Part shown: one piece after another, positions 62,386 to 64,000 of the stretch
Numbering within the stretch: the stretch's first letter is position 1
Layout of the letters: the number at the start of each line of letters is the position of its first letter
DNA from: a phage
Sequence record: PV730302.1
Length of the DNA: 64,000 bases
Direction: 5' to 3' (one strand)
Made by a program: the position numbers and the translations under genes
The notes under the pieces: generated by a model
Told to the model about the DNA's origin: nothing
Seen by the model: only the letters and a program-made list of their open reading frames with translations
Databases searched by the model: none

Positions 62386-62826
62386 TTAACCTCGGTTCAT
62401 AAAGGCATTAAAAATCTGGTCGTCAATTGAATAAACCGGGGCTTCCAGAATTTTCAACAGGCTGTTTTTGATATACTTGCTAGGGATATCCATATTAATG
62501 CCGTCATTCAATTCATTGTCCGGGAGGATGTCTTTAAATTCGAATCCATCAAACTCAACCTTGTCAGGAATACCTTCAGCGAAAAAATAAACCAATTGAT
62601 GCATTGCATTACATGAAAATAATTTAGACCTCACCGCAATAAGTTCTTGCCAATGGTTTAATTCTCTGTTAAGAAGTTTATGAGCCATTGTAATTCGATC
62701 ATCGCTATCAACAAGAAAATAACCTAGGTATTGGTGGTCGTCGCTCCAAAACATCCTGTATGCTTGGGCATTTGGATTTTTACAACGAAGCTTTTTGATA
62801 ACCAAAGTTCTGTTAATCTTATTCAC
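62386..62826 (-). CDS. Hypothetical protein (146 aa)
   Basis: ORF track. Confidence 0.4.
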   Translation of the reverse strand: MNKINRTLVIKKLRCKNPNAQAYRMFWSDDHQYLGYFLVDSDDRITMAHKLLNRELNHWQELIAVRSKLFSCNAMHQLVYFFAEGIPDKVEFDGFEFKDILPDNELNDGINMDIPSKYIKNSLLKILEAPVYSIDDQIFNAFMNRG

Positions 62827-63112
62827 CTGTCACCTCTTTAACTATATTTTTGTTATCGAAATTGGCATCGCAATACAAAACATAGTTATATTGCATAACA
62901 CCACCTGAAGCTAATTGGTCTGACACTTCTTTAGCCATATCAGGGCGGTCGCGTTTAGTGATGTTCATGATATCGGCATAAATCTGATGTTCAACCGATT
63001 CTTGGTCTGCAGTCATAGACCATTCACAGAGGTCTTTATCCAATCCAGCCGTAACTGGAGCTGTACCACATGATGCTACTGTAAGGATTGCTGCGATTAA
63101 TAACTTTTTCAT
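62819..63112 (-). CDS. sp: Spackle periplasmic protein (superinfection exclusion / gp5 lysozyme inhibitor)
   Basis: Start set at ATG 63112 (SD GAGGAG); MKKLLIAAILTVASC signal, then ...YDKDLCEWSMTADQ...DIMNI.KRDRP.M...V...L.SGGVMQYNYVLYCD.NF.NKNI matches remembered T4 Sp. Confidence 0.75.
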   Translation of the reverse strand: MKKLLIAAILTVASCGTAPVTAGLDKDLCEWSMTADQESVEHQIYADIMNITKRDRPDMAKEVSDQLASGGVMQYNYVLYCDANFDNKNIVKEVTGE

Positions 63113-63171
63113 AATGTTCTCCTCGGTAGTTGATAGGTCTATAGTATCACTACCATAGACCATTGTAAACT

Positions 63172-63411
63172 TTATTTTAATGAATCTTCCAAATAAATCT
63201 TACGGAATTTACGTTTTGTCTGACGAATCTGACGCTTAGTAGGCTTCACAGGAAATTCGAAGAACTCTACGTATTCTTGCTCATAATCGTTGTGACCAAC
63301 TGAAAGAACCAGTTCCCAGTTGTTTACGGTGCGTTTGATAAACATATTACGCTTACCGAAAGATTTATTCCAAAAAGAACTAGGAGTTGGTTTCATTAAG
63401 GTAATATTCAT
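63172..63411 (-). CDS. Hypothetical basic protein with PTKRQIRQTKRK motif
   Basis: ORF track; promoter cassette at 63125..63180 lies downstream and likely serves sp. Confidence 0.35.
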   Translation of the reverse strand: MNITLMKPTPSSFWNKSFGKRNMFIKRTVNNWELVLSVGHNDYEQEYVEFFEFPVKPTKRQIRQTKRKFRKIYLEDSLK

Positions 63412-63552
63412 TTATTCCTCACCTTCATGTTTATGAGCAATTTCTTCGAATTCACTGTCACAGTCTAAACAGGTTGCGTTGTCCCAAGCATCAAATACCG
63501 CTTGCTCTTCACAAACTGAACAGCCACATACCACACATTCAAACTCTTCCAT
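63412..63552 (-). CDS. Zinc-ribbon microprotein (46 aa; MEEFECVVCGCSVCEEQ...CLDCDSEF...)
   Basis: Hand-translated; start abuts the dmd stop and stop abuts the next start; four Cys in CxxC...CxxC arrangement. Confidence 0.35.
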   Translation of the reverse strand: MEEFECVVCGCSVCEEQAVFDAWDNATCLDCDSEFEEIAHKHEGEE

Positions 63553-63747
63553 TTAGATTTCCTCAATACGGGCATCATGTTCATAAACTTCTACGTCGTC
63601 GACATATGCCTTAACCAAAATACTATTGACTTCAGCGAATTGGGTAGTCACCCACACGATATCGTTTTCACGCACTGAAGCTTCTTTGGTAGCGGTATCA
63701 CCGTTGGCGAAATGGCCGACAAATTTTACTTTAATTGATTCAGACAT
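63553..63747 (-). CDS. dmd: Dmd-like antitoxin (discriminator of mRNA degradation)
   Basis: 64 aa; ..VKV.F.G.F.N...TKE......D..W.TTQ.AEVN..LVKA..DD..V.E.D.R resembles remembered T4 Dmd; position two genes from sp as in T4. Confidence 0.6.
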   Translation of the reverse strand: MSESIKVKFVGHFANGDTATKEASVRENDIVWVTTQFAEVNSILVKAYVDDVEVYEHDARIEEI

Positions 63748-64000
63748 TTAGATTTCCTCACAGAAGGCCCATTCAGCATGATAAACCGTAGCGCCTTTAG
63801 TATCATTTAAACAAACCACATCTACCGGAGCAATTACGCGATAAAGACGAGGTTCTCCTCCCACTGAACGGGCTGCACGTCCAGCATAAATCTTAGCCAA
63901 ACCGATATCTTCAGTAAAGAACACACGATTTAGGTTTTTCTTACGACCGGTTTCAGACAAAACTCCTGTTTCCTCAGGAGGACAAAGCATATTACCAATA
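63748..64000 (-). CDS. 3' end of an upstream gene that continues beyond the window (unassigned; gene 41 neighbourhood in T4)
   Basis: Minus-strand frame is open to the window edge; the translated tail ...RLYRVIAPVDVVCLNDTKGATVYHAEWAFCEEI is not recognised. Confidence 0.4.
   Translation of the reverse strand, partial: IGNMLCPPEETGVLSETGRKKNLNRVFFTEDIGLAKIYAGRAARSVGGEPRLYRVIAPVDVVCLNDTKGATVYHAEWAFCEEI

Overview
This window reads as a contiguous segment of a T4-like (T-even, Straboviridae/Tevenvirinae) myovirus genome, identified by reading the six-frame translations against remembered T4 protein sequences and gene order; no database search or alignment was run. The gene order is collinear with T4 across the conventional map origin: alt(partial)-30(DNA ligase)-30.x ORFs-rIII-31-cd-pseT-spanins-alc-rnlA-denA-nrdB-[dam-like MTase]-nrdA-td-frd-32-59-33-dsbA-rnh on the minus strand, then the plus-strand late tail-fibre block 34-35-36-37-38-t, then minus-strand asiA-motA-52-ndd-rIIB-rIIA-39-dexA-dda-srd-modA-modB-soc-56-61-sp-dmd. 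Nearly every minus-strand early gene is preceded by a conserved about 40-bp promoter cassette (GTTTAC -35 element plus a TGCTTTA MotA-box-like element) and many are followed by CUUCGG-tetraloop hairpins; TATAAATA late promoters precede genes 34, 36, t and soc. Differences from T4 that are visible in the sequence: td and nrdB are uninterrupted, gene 39 is a single 605-aa ORF, gp37 carries a C-terminal intramolecular-chaperone-like domain followed by a glycine-rich T2-type gp38 adhesin, and a dam-like adenine methyltransferase sits between nrdB and nrdA. No tRNA, rRNA, CRISPR array, integrase or transposase was seen. I did not find an unambiguous novel multi-gene system. The best candidates for follow-up are a NADAR/YbiA-like protein in the 30.x region (in a phage with three ADP-ribosyltransferases), the relocated dam-like gene, an orphan opposite-strand two-TM ORF in the 56-61 interval, and several paralogous or duplicated cassettes. 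Gene starts were adjusted by hand and may be off by a few codons.
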